The translations under genes and the position numbers were made by a program. Positions 20,096-29,344 of a DNA stretch of 64,000 nucleotides are shown here, piece after piece. Source of the stretch: Bacteroidota bacterium (GTDB lineage Bacteria > Bacteroidota > Bacteroidia > J057 > JADKCL01); assembly GCA_031415375.1 (NCBI GenBank), contig JANORP010000208.1, positions 14,738 to 78,737 of the forward strand, given 5' to 3'. Under the pieces are notes generated by a model. It had not been told where the DNA came from. It worked only from the letters and a program-made list of their open reading frames with translations, and did no database searches. Positions within the stretch are counted from its first letter, which is position 1; each line of letters begins with the position of its first letter.

Positions 20096-20677
20096 TCAGG
20101 ATCGGATGTAAAACAATAGAATGACTCCCGCAATACCAGTGCCAATCAAAGCCACCGGCAACAAGTATTTCTGCGGCCACCGTGGGTCTGTTCCACGAAG
20201 TTCGACCATTGGCGACTTGCGCACTGGTCGGAGTTGAGACTTGGAAATCGTATCCAAGTACACCAAGGGAAATGATATTTCACTAGTATCGGTCAATGTC
20301 AACACAGTCGAAATAGTGCGTTCAAATTTTCGATGGCCGAGCCGCGCAAAAACCACGCTGGGTGTCTCAATGAAAAGTTGCCGACTACTGGGATCGGTCA
20401 ATAAAATTTCAGCACGCAATCGCTCGGTCAAAAAACCGGACAGGCTGTCTATCGAAGGTGCCTTTTGACCTATCATTCGCAGAACAGAGGTTTCAAAGGC
20501 TAATTGATTGCTAATCTGAGACTTAGTGCAATTGACTACAAGTAACAATTGTAAAGCACTGATAATCAGCACCCAAAAAGGCACAAATTTCGAGCCCTGT
20601 ATTGCACGATCTCCTGCCTGCTGGTATGACTGGGTGGATACGGGCGATATGCGCTCAAAGCTTCTCAAAATGCACAA
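20096..20677 (-). CDS. Hypothetical membrane-anchored protein
   Basis: Fills the operon gap; C-terminal TM ending LLFYIRS; start uncertain. Confidence 0.55.
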   Translation of the reverse strand: MCILRSFERISPVSTQSYQQAGDRAIQGSKFVPFWVLIISALQLLLVVNCTKSQISNQLAFETSVLRMIGQKAPSIDSLSGFLTERLRAEILLTDPSSRQLFIETPSVVFARLGHRKFERTISTVLTLTDTSEISFPLVYLDTISKSQLRPVRKSPMVELRGTDPRWPQKYLLPVALIGTGIAGVILLFYIRS

Positions 20678-20689
20678 TAAACGGATGGC

Positions 20690-21571
20690 CTACTTACGAA
20701 TGAGATAAATGACGCTGGAACTGCGCTCTTTGTCGAAAAGTGCTACCCAATAGGAGCACCAACCAATCCAGACGGCTTTTAGCAATGATCCACCCTTGTG
20801 CCGCTCTGTGAGCATCGCAACATAATAGGCGTCAAACGGCATGCGGCGCATTCCTTCCAATTTCAGTCCATGGCGCTCGAGCAACTGTCGCATGGAGTCA
20901 GGGCAAAAATGATACAAGTGACGCGGCACATCATAAGCAGCCCAAATGGCTTGGTAATATTCCGCATCAAAAGATCGATAGTTGGGTACTGCAATAAAAA
21001 TGCGTCCACCCACCTTCAACAAGGACTTTAACTTGGTCATGTAGGAATCGAGCTGATGCACATGTTCCAGCACATGCCACATGGTGATGGCATCATAGTG
21101 ATCGTCTTCCAACTGAAACAGCTCCTCAACTGGCTTTGTCTTCACAGCGAAATCACGCTCTGCAACTTGGCGTGCATCCGGATCAGGCTCCAAGCCCAAA
21201 CAATCCCAACCTGCGTTTTGCATCGTCGCGAGAAATGCGCCTGCCCCACTACCAATATCCAAATGTTTTCCCGTCTTCTTTCCCGTTTCGGATTGAAGCA
21301 ACCGGCGCTTTCCTTGGAGCGTCACCTTACGCACCATTTGGTAAAGGCGATGGATAAAGCCCTTGCTAGTATTGGTGTGCGAGACATAGTCCTCACTCTT
21401 GTAATAAGGCCCGATCTCCAATTGAGACGGTACTGGATTGGTAAACCGATGCGTACAACCATTGCAATGGCTGATTCCAAACATCTCTTTGGAGACTGTA
21501 TAATCCTTCGCTTTCAAGACTTCTTTGAAGTCCTGGGATCCGCAGACTGGACAATGCGTATAAGCTATCAT
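20690..21571 (-). CDS. Class I SAM-dependent methyltransferase with N-terminal Zn ribbon
   Basis: CPVC...C.GC; 'LDIGSGAG'; 'ITMWHVLEHV'; 'YDVPRHLYHF'. Confidence 0.9.
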   Translation of the reverse strand: MIAYTHCPVCGSQDFKEVLKAKDYTVSKEMFGISHCNGCTHRFTNPVPSQLEIGPYYKSEDYVSHTNTSKGFIHRLYQMVRKVTLQGKRRLLQSETGKKTGKHLDIGSGAGAFLATMQNAGWDCLGLEPDPDARQVAERDFAVKTKPVEELFQLEDDHYDAITMWHVLEHVHQLDSYMTKLKSLLKVGGRIFIAVPNYRSFDAEYYQAIWAAYDVPRHLYHFCPDSMRQLLERHGLKLEGMRRMPFDAYYVAMLTERHKGGSLLKAVWIGWCSYWVALFDKERSSSVIYLIRK

Positions 21572-21594
21572 TTTGAAATCAAATCTATTTTGGG

Positions 21595-23460
21595 TTATCG
21601 CCCAATGTAAACCATGAGCACAGAAATGTCGGCGGGTGTAACACCACTGATGCGGCTAGCTTGACCCAAGCTGTTCGGTTTCATCCTTGTCAACTTTTCA
21701 CGCCCTTCATACGATAGGGCTTTGACTTTATAATAGTCAAATGTCATTGGCAGCACGAAGTCATCGAGCCGGATGACTTTCTCTGCCTGTTCCCGTTCCT
21801 TACGGATGTAGCCTTCGTATTTTTTTTGGATCTCCGCTTGCTCCAACACATCAGTACTGAATACCGAGAGTGCGGCCCCAAATTCTGGATTAGCAGCCAT
21901 CAGATCTTGTAGCTGGATTTCAGGACGAATCAAGACCTTATCAGCCTTCACGCTTTGCGCCAATGGCGCACAGCCTTTGGACTCCAACAACCCGTTGACC
22001 ATGTCGGGTGTGATCGAGGTCTTCGTCAAGATATCCAATGCTTGATCCAAATGCTTGGACTTCGCAGTGAACTCATCGTATCTGTCTTGTGAGGCAAGCC
22101 CGATGCTGAACCCTGTTGGTGTGAGACGGATGTCTGCATTGTCTTGTCGCAGCAGGATGCGGTACTCAGCCCGGGAGGTAAACATGCGGTAAGGTTCATC
22201 TGTTCCCTTATTGACAAGGTCGTCGATGAGTACACCGATATAAGCTTCATCGCGCTTGAGCACAAGTGCATCCAAGTCTTGGCACTTACGCGCTGCATTG
22301 ATCCCCGCCATCAAACCCTGACTTGCTGCTTCTTCGTAGCCCGTGGTTCCGTTGATTTGCCCCGCAAAAAAGAGACCTTCGATGAGATGCGTCTCTAGGC
22401 TCAGCTTCAATTGCTGTGGTGGAAAAAAGTCGTACTCGATTGCATACCCAGGCCTGAACATCCGCACGTTTTCAAAACCCTCCACCTGACGAATGGCATT
22501 GAATTGTACATCCTCGGGCAACGATGATGAAAATCCATTTACATAAACCTCAACGGTATTCCAGCCCTCAGGTTCTACAAACAATTGGTGGCGGTCCTTA
22601 TCTGCAAACCGCACGATTTTGTCTTCGATGCTTGGGCAGTAACGCGGCCCGAGTCCTTGTATCCTTCCCGAAAACATCGGGGATTTTTCAAATCCCGTCG
22701 CGAGTGTTTCGTGTACTTTTAAATTGGTATAGGTGATGTAGCAGGGACGTTGTGTTGTAAGCGGTACCGTTTCGCTGCTAAATGAAAACTTACCCGGCAT
22801 CTCATCACCCTCTTGTATTTCCATCTTGGAGTAGTCGATGCTACGCCCGTCCAATCGAGGAGGTGTACCAGTCTTCATGCGCCCACTCTGGAATCCAAAT
22901 TCGCGCAATTGCTCGGTGATGCCAGTTGCAGCCTTTTCGGCTGCACGCCCACCACCGAAATTTTTTTCCCCGATATGGATCAGACCGTTGAGGAACGTAC
23001 CATTGGTGAGGATCACCGTCTTGCCAAGGATATCTAGTCCCATCCCGGTCTTCACGCCATAGACGCGGTTGTCTTTGACGAGCAACTCACGCACCATTTC
23101 TTGCCAGAAATCGAGCAAGGGCAATTTCTCCAAGTGCAGGCGCCAATCTTCTGCAAAACGCATGCGGTCACTTTGCGCACGAGGGCTCCACATCGCGGGA
23201 CCCTTGGAGCGGTTGGGCATGCGAAATTGGATCATGGTCTTGTCTGTGGCAATCCCAGAGTAACCGCCGAGGGCATCGATCTCACGCACGAGCTGTCCTT
23301 TGGCAACACCGCCCATGGCGGGATTGCAGGACATCTGCGCGATGGTACCCATGTTCATTGTAATGAGTAGGGTCTTTTGACCCATGTTGGCGGCGGCAGC
23401 GGCGGCTTCACAGCCCGCGTGCCCAGCGCCTACCACTATGACATCGTAATTAGGAAACAT
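21595..23460 (-). CDS. mnmG: tRNA uridine-5-carboxymethylaminomethyl modification enzyme MnmG (GidA)
   Basis: 'VVGAGHAGCEAA', 'MSCNPAMGG.AKG', 'KTGTPPR', 'GPRYCPSIEDK', 'AGQINGTTGYEEAA', 'EPYRMFTSRAEYR'. Confidence 0.98.
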   Translation of the reverse strand: MFPNYDVIVVGAGHAGCEAAAAAANMGQKTLLITMNMGTIAQMSCNPAMGGVAKGQLVREIDALGGYSGIATDKTMIQFRMPNRSKGPAMWSPRAQSDRMRFAEDWRLHLEKLPLLDFWQEMVRELLVKDNRVYGVKTGMGLDILGKTVILTNGTFLNGLIHIGEKNFGGGRAAEKAATGITEQLREFGFQSGRMKTGTPPRLDGRSIDYSKMEIQEGDEMPGKFSFSSETVPLTTQRPCYITYTNLKVHETLATGFEKSPMFSGRIQGLGPRYCPSIEDKIVRFADKDRHQLFVEPEGWNTVEVYVNGFSSSLPEDVQFNAIRQVEGFENVRMFRPGYAIEYDFFPPQQLKLSLETHLIEGLFFAGQINGTTGYEEAASQGLMAGINAARKCQDLDALVLKRDEAYIGVLIDDLVNKGTDEPYRMFTSRAEYRILLRQDNADIRLTPTGFSIGLASQDRYDEFTAKSKHLDQALDILTKTSITPDMVNGLLESKGCAPLAQSVKADKVLIRPEIQLQDLMAANPEFGAALSVFSTDVLEQAEIQKKYEGYIRKEREQAEKVIRLDDFVLPMTFDYYKVKALSYEGREKLTRMKPNSLGQASRISGVTPADISVLMVYIGR

Positions 23461-23482
23461 GTTTTCGTATTCGAACTAGACG

Positions 23483-23490
23483 CAAAATTA
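23483..23490 (-). promoter_or_regulatory. Putative -7 promoter element of mnmG
   Basis: Minus-strand TAATTTTG about 22 nt upstream of the mnmG ATG. Confidence 0.45.
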
Positions 23491-23544
23491 GCAATAGTGA
23501 ATGGACTATCGGCAATAGAAATTCTGATCGCTCTTATTTGCAAA

Positions 23545-23560
23545 TGTTCCACGTGGAACG
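23545..23560. promoter_or_regulatory. parS site 1
   Basis: TGTTCCACGTGGAACG, 15/16 match to the parS palindrome TGTTCCACGTGGAACA. Confidence 0.85.
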
Positions 23561-23705
23561 TTCGTTCTGTGGCGTTGGTCTTCGGTTTCAAACATACCCA
23601 TGTAGGGGAGGTCACCGCCCTCCCATGCATGGACCCATCAAATATTCTGTGACCGTGCCATCGGCATTGGCACGGTTTGCAAATCATACAATCCGGAACA
23701 ACAGT
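23558..23705 (+). mobile_element. Degenerate, internally deleted copy of the MITE family
   Basis: Shares TTTCAAACAT(A/G)CCCATGTAGGG.AGGTC and CATG.ACCCATCAAATATT with 63632-63735; ends in CAATCCGGAAC, similar to the right inverted repeat. Confidence 0.6.
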
Positions 23706-23759
23706 TATCGACCAACCCAATCCCATGTTCATCGCCGCTATGTGATGACTCCCACAAAA

Positions 23760-23775
23760 CGTTCCACGTGGAACA
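23760..23775. promoter_or_regulatory. parS site 2
   Basis: CGTTCCACGTGGAACA (15/16). Confidence 0.85.
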
Positions 23776-23838
23776 ATCCCCCACTGAGAGTCAGAAGGCC
23801 CAAAGTTTCAATGCTGTAATTGATATGACGACGGTTAC

Positions 23839-23854
23839 TGTTCCACGTGGAACA
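23839..23854. promoter_or_regulatory. parS site 3
   Basis: Perfect palindrome TGTTCCACGTGGAACA. Confidence 0.9.
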
Positions 23855-23895
23855 AATAAAGCACTTACAATACCAAGATAGGTGATTATCGAAAC

Positions 23896-24327
23896 TCAAT
23901 TATCCCACAACAATAGCGCTGCATCCTCTGCGCTGCGCATCGCTTTTATATCCTTGGCTGATTTGTCTTTGAAACCGATCAGGTGGAGCAATCCATGTGA
24001 CATCACACGGTGCAACTCTATATTGAAATCTACGCCCAACACTTGCGCATTGTCTTGTACACGGTCCACACTGATGTAAATCTCCCCGGCGATGGATGAC
24101 AACGTGGAACTTTGATCAGGAAAGGTGATGATATCCGTGAGGGTGTCGTGCTGCAAGAACTCTTGGTTCATCTTGAGCAAGGCCTCATCGGTCACGAAAA
24201 TATAATTGAGAGAGGCCACCGTCGCCCCATGCGTAGTCGCGATACGCTCCATCCATGCACGCACGATGGCCTGCGATTTCAACTTGAAGGGCGCATCATC
24301 GACAAAAAAGCGTATCGCTCTTGCCAT
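23896..24327 (-). CDS. ybeY: rRNA maturation endoribonuclease YbeY
   Basis: 'N..FL.HD..TDIITF', 'GEIYIS', 'H...SHGLLHLIGF.D'. Confidence 0.95.
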   Translation of the reverse strand: MARAIRFFVDDAPFKLKSQAIVRAWMERIATTHGATVASLNYIFVTDEALLKMNQEFLQHDTLTDIITFPDQSSTLSSIAGEIYISVDRVQDNAQVLGVDFNIELHRVMSHGLLHLIGFKDKSAKDIKAMRSAEDAALLLWDN

Positions 24328-24330
24328 CGA

Positions 24331-24747
24331 CTAGATGTTGAATACCATCTCGACACGACGACCTGCACTCTCAAAACGAATCTCGTCTGAGAGATGCCGC
24401 ATCAAAAATACTCCTCGACCACCCGGGCTCTCCAGATTCTCTGGAGCAGTAGGGTCGGGGAGACCTTCTGGATCAAATCCATTGCCTTCATCCTCTACCG
24501 CAACCATGATGCGATAGGGACTCAAGGAAGCGCAATGTATGCGCACCTTTTTGGAAGCATCACCACGATTTCCATGGAAAATGGAGTTGTTTACCGCCTC
24601 GGTGATCGCGACCATAACGTTTCCAAAGACATCGTCTTTGAATCCTAAAAAGTCGCGAATCTCCTCGATGAACTGCTCCACCTCATAAATCCGCTCCGGA
24701 CTGCTAGTGATTTCTAGTTCTTTCACCATGTGCGCCTCTGCCTGCAT
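24331..24747 (-). CDS. RsbW/SpoIIAB-like ATP-binding protein (HATPase_c_2)
   Basis: 'EAVNNSIFHGN', 'DEGNGFD', 'GGRGVFLM..LSD'; start at 24747 or 24729. Confidence 0.85.
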   Translation of the reverse strand: MQAEAHMVKELEITSSPERIYEVEQFIEEIRDFLGFKDDVFGNVMVAITEAVNNSIFHGNRGDASKKVRIHCASLSPYRIMVAVEDEGNGFDPEGLPDPTAPENLESPGGRGVFLMRHLSDEIRFESAGRRVEMVFNI

Positions 24748-24751
24748 TATA

Positions 24752-27700
24752 TCAATCGTTGGACTGTTCCAGCAATTTAAAGTATTTCTCAATCAAATTA
24801 ATAAAATCCGTGGAATACTCAAGCTGATTGCTTTTGAGCAACTCCTGCCGAATCTTGTTTTTATATGCCTCTAGCTCCAATTTGTCGGGCGATACCCGAT
24901 CCTTTTCGTCGCCTTGACGTGACTCACGCTGCTGTTCAAACTCCTCCTTCTCCCGCACTGCCTTGAAAGAATCCAATAAACGATTCAGAATCTGCTCTTG
25001 CCGCTTCATTGTGCGCTCAGTCAAAATCTGATTGTTCAGTTCATCCTCGGTGTCCTTCATATCCTCCATCATCTGCCCCATGTCGCCGAGTCCCTTTTCC
25101 CCATTTTTGCCTATGGCATCATGGGCCTCCTTGAGTTGCTTCCTGATCGCTTCTTGCGCCTTGCCCATTTCACCCAGTTTCTTTGGATCCGTGCCAGGGC
25201 CCTCCTTCATCATCTGCTTCATCATCTTGTTCAGCTCACCTTGCTGCTTGCTAATGCTTTGCATGCTGGAATTTTTTCCACCTGGCTTCTTACACATGCC
25301 CATCCCACCCTTCTTTTGCTGCATCTGCTGTTGCATCTGCTGCATGACGTCGGTAAGCATGTTTGCAAGATTGTTGATGCTGGTCATCGCTGCATGTTGG
25401 TTCTCAGTGACACGTGGAATGTACTTATTCTCCATCGACTCACTTGCGGCATTCATCCCCTTGATGATGGTGCGGCTCTCATCGGTCACAAATTTTTCGA
25501 TTTGAAACACACGCTTAGCCAATGCGTCCAAGCTATCCTTGATCATGTACATGTCGTCGAGCAATTGCTTTTGCTCCACTTCCTTTTTCACTAGCAATGG
25601 GTCACTGCTCCTGATTTCCTTCAATTCGTCGCGAAGTTCCTCTTGGCGAAATGACAGGCGCAACAAGTTTTCCAGCAAATAGCGTAAGTCTTCCATGTTC
25701 TCCTCGTCCTGTTGCTGCTGACTTTCCTGCATCATGCTCTGGAGATCACTCTTCATCTTCTCCATCTTCTTGGAGCTGTTCTTCTGTGATTCCGAACCAG
25801 ACTTTTTGTCTTGCTGATCCATCTTTTCACCCGCCTCTTCCATCTCTTGCTGGGTCTCTTCACCCTGCTTCTCAATCTCCTCCATCTTCTCACCGTCTGG
25901 TGTGGAGGTCTCCTTCTTCATCTCGCTGAGTTCCTTCACATCCTTTTGGACATCTTTCATTTCCTCAGCCAACTTCTCTTGTTTCTCGGCAAGATCTTTC
26001 ATTTGCTGGTCGTCACCTTTTTTGGTGTCTTCCAACTTCTCATTGAGCATATCTTCCTTCTTCTTGAGGTTGTCGAGCTTCTGGATGATTTGCTCACTTT
26101 TTTGCTCCACTTCCAATTGCTTCAGGAGTTCCAAAGTACGCTCGAGGGCTTTCTCCATATCCTCTTGCTTGTTCTCCATGTCCTCCATCATCTTCTTCAT
26201 CTCCTTCGGATCCATCTTCTCCATCTGATCCTGGAGCTTCTTCATCATTTCTTGCAACTTCTCGTCGCGCAATTTCTCCAGCAACTGATTCAACTTCTCG
26301 TATTTCTCGAGTGTCTTCTCAGTGATCATCTCGTTGTTTTGGAGATTTTCTTTGTTCTGCTTGAATTCCTTGGCCGCCTTGTCCACACGTTCTTGAACGT
26401 TTTTGTTTTTCTCAAGCAGCTTTTGAAGTTCCTTCTTGTCGTCATAGCTCAGACCTTTTTGGTTGAGCATCTTGTCTTGGTACTTTTCCAGAGCCTCCTT
26501 GATCTCCTTGGATTGCTTGGCGAGATCTTCAATCTCCTTCTCGAGTTTCTCTTGGCTTTCTTCGACCTCATCAAATTTCTTAGTAAGGCTAGGATAATTG
26601 ATCCGATAGACGGAACTCACACTGAACTTGGGACCTGAGACAAAGTCATTGTCCCAGACCTTGACAAAATACTCCACGACATCACCCTCTTGCATTCCCA
26701 ACATTTGAAGATCAAGCTCCAAACCTTTGTGTTGAAGCAATTCGCGTGGCGAGACCTTCAAATCCATCGTTTTGTATTCCTGCTCAACCTTATCGATATT
26801 TTCACTTTTAGAGAAGCGGTAGCTCAGCAGCAGCTTGCTAAAACCATAGTCGTCGCTGATTTCAAAATCGAGCGGCATGAACATCGTAAAATCAGCCTTG
26901 AACTCTTGGGCCTGCCCGCTCACATAAATCGATGGGAATCGATCTTGTACGACGTCAATGTGGTACCGCACAGTGTCGATATTGGAGATCTCGCGCTTGC
27001 TCACGAGACCGATAAAATATTGTTCGGCAGACAGCACCTGCTTTTCACGCACAAAACGTCCTGGCACCACGCTGCTCTTGAAGGCTACCGTGTCACCACC
27101 ATAGTAAGTCGCCTCCTTGATCAAACCATTCACATCGATCAGCCACTTGACATTTGTTCCACGCAGCACCTTCAAGTCACCAATATTGTCAGACAGTGTA
27201 TCGTCAGCCATTCCAGTGTATCCCGGGTAATCCACCACAACCCTAAACATCTTGATCGCTGGTCTTGTGAGCACCTCGACACCGAAGATATCTGACATAA
27301 CATCTTCATTGCCAATCCTATAGTTGAAATTTTCTTTGATATCGCTGAACTCATAGGCAAACTCATCGCTCCGCAATTTATCCATAGGATAATGCACAAA
27401 TTCACTTTCGGAAGACTTCTTGATGTACAAGAAAAGGTCCTCGGGGAGTTCGTCACCATCGACACGTGCTTCAAGCTTAAAATCCTGACCGGCTATGAGT
27501 TCGTCTGGATGATTGCCTACCATGATCTGGAAGGGGGGAGGCGGAATGAAGTCTTTGTTGTAATTGAGGAGCCTGATAGTGCCATTGCTGAGCACATCGG
27601 GCATCACAAAGCCCAGTACCGCAAACAGCAAAAGCGGAATCGCCAGATACCGCGCAAATTTCCAGTTGACGTTCAGGTTGATCGCTTTGGCAAATGGTAT

Positions 27701-28120
27701 AGGAGCAAGGTCTTCAGTCTTCTTTTGAATCGCTGCAGTGAGCAAGGCATTGTCCACACCACCCGAAAATGTGCGCAGCTCCAAAAGATTGACCAGTTTA
27801 TCGTCAATATCTGGGAAATGTTTTCGTACCAAAGTAGCCACCTCCCCATCGGACAAAGGTTTGCTAATGTTGAGCAGCTTCGTCAATGGCCACACAATCG
27901 CATAACCCATCACACCCAAAAAGGTGGCACCCAAGAAGAAGAATAGGCCAGTACGCACACCGCTGGAAAAGCCCAACAATCCCTCACCAGTCACGGATAG
28001 AAACATCATCGAGCTGCTAAGTAGCAACAAACCGATGCTTCCCCGGATAATTCTATTGATGTAGAACTTTCTCCGAAACTCCCTGATGTGCCCCCACAAA
28101 CGATTTTCTGATGTATTCAC
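24752..28120 (-). CDS. Large membrane-anchored coiled-coil protein (DUF4175-like)
   Basis: Three N-terminal TM helices, Ig-like middle ('SDDYGFS', 'DND..SGPK'), long K/E/Q/M-rich coiled coil. Confidence 0.75.
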   Translation of the reverse strand: MNTSENRLWGHIREFRRKFYINRIIRGSIGLLLLSSSMMFLSVTGEGLLGFSSGVRTGLFFFLGATFLGVMGYAIVWPLTKLLNISKPLSDGEVATLVRKHFPDIDDKLVNLLELRTFSGGVDNALLTAAIQKKTEDLAPIPFAKAINLNVNWKFARYLAIPLLLFAVLGFVMPDVLSNGTIRLLNYNKDFIPPPPFQIMVGNHPDELIAGQDFKLEARVDGDELPEDLFLYIKKSSESEFVHYPMDKLRSDEFAYEFSDIKENFNYRIGNEDVMSDIFGVEVLTRPAIKMFRVVVDYPGYTGMADDTLSDNIGDLKVLRGTNVKWLIDVNGLIKEATYYGGDTVAFKSSVVPGRFVREKQVLSAEQYFIGLVSKREISNIDTVRYHIDVVQDRFPSIYVSGQAQEFKADFTMFMPLDFEISDDYGFSKLLLSYRFSKSENIDKVEQEYKTMDLKVSPRELLQHKGLELDLQMLGMQEGDVVEYFVKVWDNDFVSGPKFSVSSVYRINYPSLTKKFDEVEESQEKLEKEIEDLAKQSKEIKEALEKYQDKMLNQKGLSYDDKKELQKLLEKNKNVQERVDKAAKEFKQNKENLQNNEMITEKTLEKYEKLNQLLEKLRDEKLQEMMKKLQDQMEKMDPKEMKKMMEDMENKQEDMEKALERTLELLKQLEVEQKSEQIIQKLDNLKKKEDMLNEKLEDTKKGDDQQMKDLAEKQEKLAEEMKDVQKDVKELSEMKKETSTPDGEKMEEIEKQGEETQQEMEEAGEKMDQQDKKSGSESQKNSSKKMEKMKSDLQSMMQESQQQQDEENMEDLRYLLENLLRLSFRQEELRDELKEIRSSDPLLVKKEVEQKQLLDDMYMIKDSLDALAKRVFQIEKFVTDESRTIIKGMNAASESMENKYIPRVTENQHAAMTSINNLANMLTDVMQQMQQQMQQKKGGMGMCKKPGGKNSSMQSISKQQGELNKMMKQMMKEGPGTDPKKLGEMGKAQEAIRKQLKEAHDAIGKNGEKGLGDMGQMMEDMKDTEDELNNQILTERTMKRQEQILNRLLDSFKAVREKEEFEQQRESRQGDEKDRVSPDKLELEAYKNKIRQELLKSNQLEYSTDFINLIEKYFKLLEQSND

Positions 28121-28268
28121 AATTGTTCCTTTACATACAAATCTCAGTCAGAAATGCGCCATCCACAAGATGCGGTCAGATATTGGCGAAACCGACGTTC
28201 AAATTCCTGAAAAAAGACCAAACATTCAAGGGCCATCCTACAATCGCCCATTCACATCAAACGCAAAC

Positions 28269-28565
28269 TCAGTCTTCTTGTTGCACCACAAAATCCAGCA
28301 AAACCGGCGTACGATCCCAAAGAATGATTCTGGCTATAGTACCCACTCCAATCAACAGGCAAAGCACGATGCCCCATCCCCCGTAAATGACCGAGGCCAC
28401 AGTACCTGAAAAAATAGGCCATGAACCCAGCAGTGGATTCCATCCACCACCCACGATGAAGGCAAAAACATCTAGCAAGAGGCAAAAAAACAAGAAGACA
28501 ATACCGCCCACGAACAGGCCATAAACAAACTTCATGCTCTCCAGTACGATGCGCTTGCTATCCAT
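28269..28565 (-). CDS. Small membrane protein
   Basis: 98-aa ORF with 2-3 hydrophobic segments, 5 nt after xth. Confidence 0.5.
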   Translation of the reverse strand: MDSKRIVLESMKFVYGLFVGGIVFLFFCLLLDVFAFIVGGGWNPLLGSWPIFSGTVASVIYGGWGIVLCLLIGVGTIARIILWDRTPVLLDFVVQQED

Positions 28566-28570
28566 TCTTC

Positions 28571-29341
28571 CTAGAATTGAAGTTTCACGTGAATCGGAGC
28601 ATGGTCACTGTGTTTCGCATCTTGGAAAATGTCGGCATCCGAAACATTTTCCTTGATGCCCTCTGAGGCAAGGTGGTAATCGATCCGCCAGCCCTTATTC
28701 CGCTCGCGGCTACCTCCCCTGAAACTCCACCAACTGTAACGGTCACCTTCCGCATGAAACATCCGAAATGTATCATGCAGCCCCAAATTCATCAATTCGC
28801 CCAACCACGCACGCTCATGTGGCAAAAACCCTGAGGAGTTCTTGTTACTCACTGGATTGTGAATATCGATGGGCTGATGGCAAATGTTGAGATCACCACA
28901 GATCACCAATTTCGGATGTGTTTTCAGCAAATTTTGAATATAGCTATAGAAATCAGCCATGAAAACTTCCTTGAAGGCTTGTCGATCTTCACCACTGGAT
29001 CCGGAAGGTAGGTAAACATTGAGCAACGAAAATTCAGGAAAATCTAGCCGAATCACCCGACCCTCACGGTCATATTGCTCTATTCCACAGCCATATTCCA
29101 CGTGAAGTGGTTCTATTTTGGAAAATACAGCAACGCCACTATAACCCTTCTTCTCTGCGGGAAACCAATACGTCTTGTACCCAGCCGGACTCCGAAGTTC
29201 AGGTCCCAAGTCTTCGGGCATGGCCTTCAACTCCTGAAAACAAATAAGATCGGGATCAACCGACCGTTTCCAATCCAGCAAGCCTTTGGTCGTCGCCGAC
29301 CGTATGCCATTCACGTTGTAACTGATGATCGAATATTGCAT
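28571..29341 (-). CDS. xth: Exodeoxyribonuclease III
   Basis: 'SYNVNGIR', 'QELK', 'KKGYSGV', 'GDLNICH', 'GWRIDY', 'SDHAP'. Confidence 0.95.
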   Translation of the reverse strand: MQYSIISYNVNGIRSATTKGLLDWKRSVDPDLICFQELKAMPEDLGPELRSPAGYKTYWFPAEKKGYSGVAVFSKIEPLHVEYGCGIEQYDREGRVIRLDFPEFSLLNVYLPSGSSGEDRQAFKEVFMADFYSYIQNLLKTHPKLVICGDLNICHQPIDIHNPVSNKNSSGFLPHERAWLGELMNLGLHDTFRMFHAEGDRYSWWSFRGGSRERNKGWRIDYHLASEGIKENVSDADIFQDAKHSDHAPIHVKLQF

Positions 29342-29344
29342 CGT

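Noticed and set aside
24095-24112. parS half-site inside ybeY, and another near 29094
   Set aside because: Only one arm matches and both lie in coding sequence; too weak to call.
25000-26600. Low-complexity CTT/CAT-rich DNA
   Set aside because: Explained by the K/E/Q/M-rich coiled coil of the DUF4175-like protein on the minus strand.
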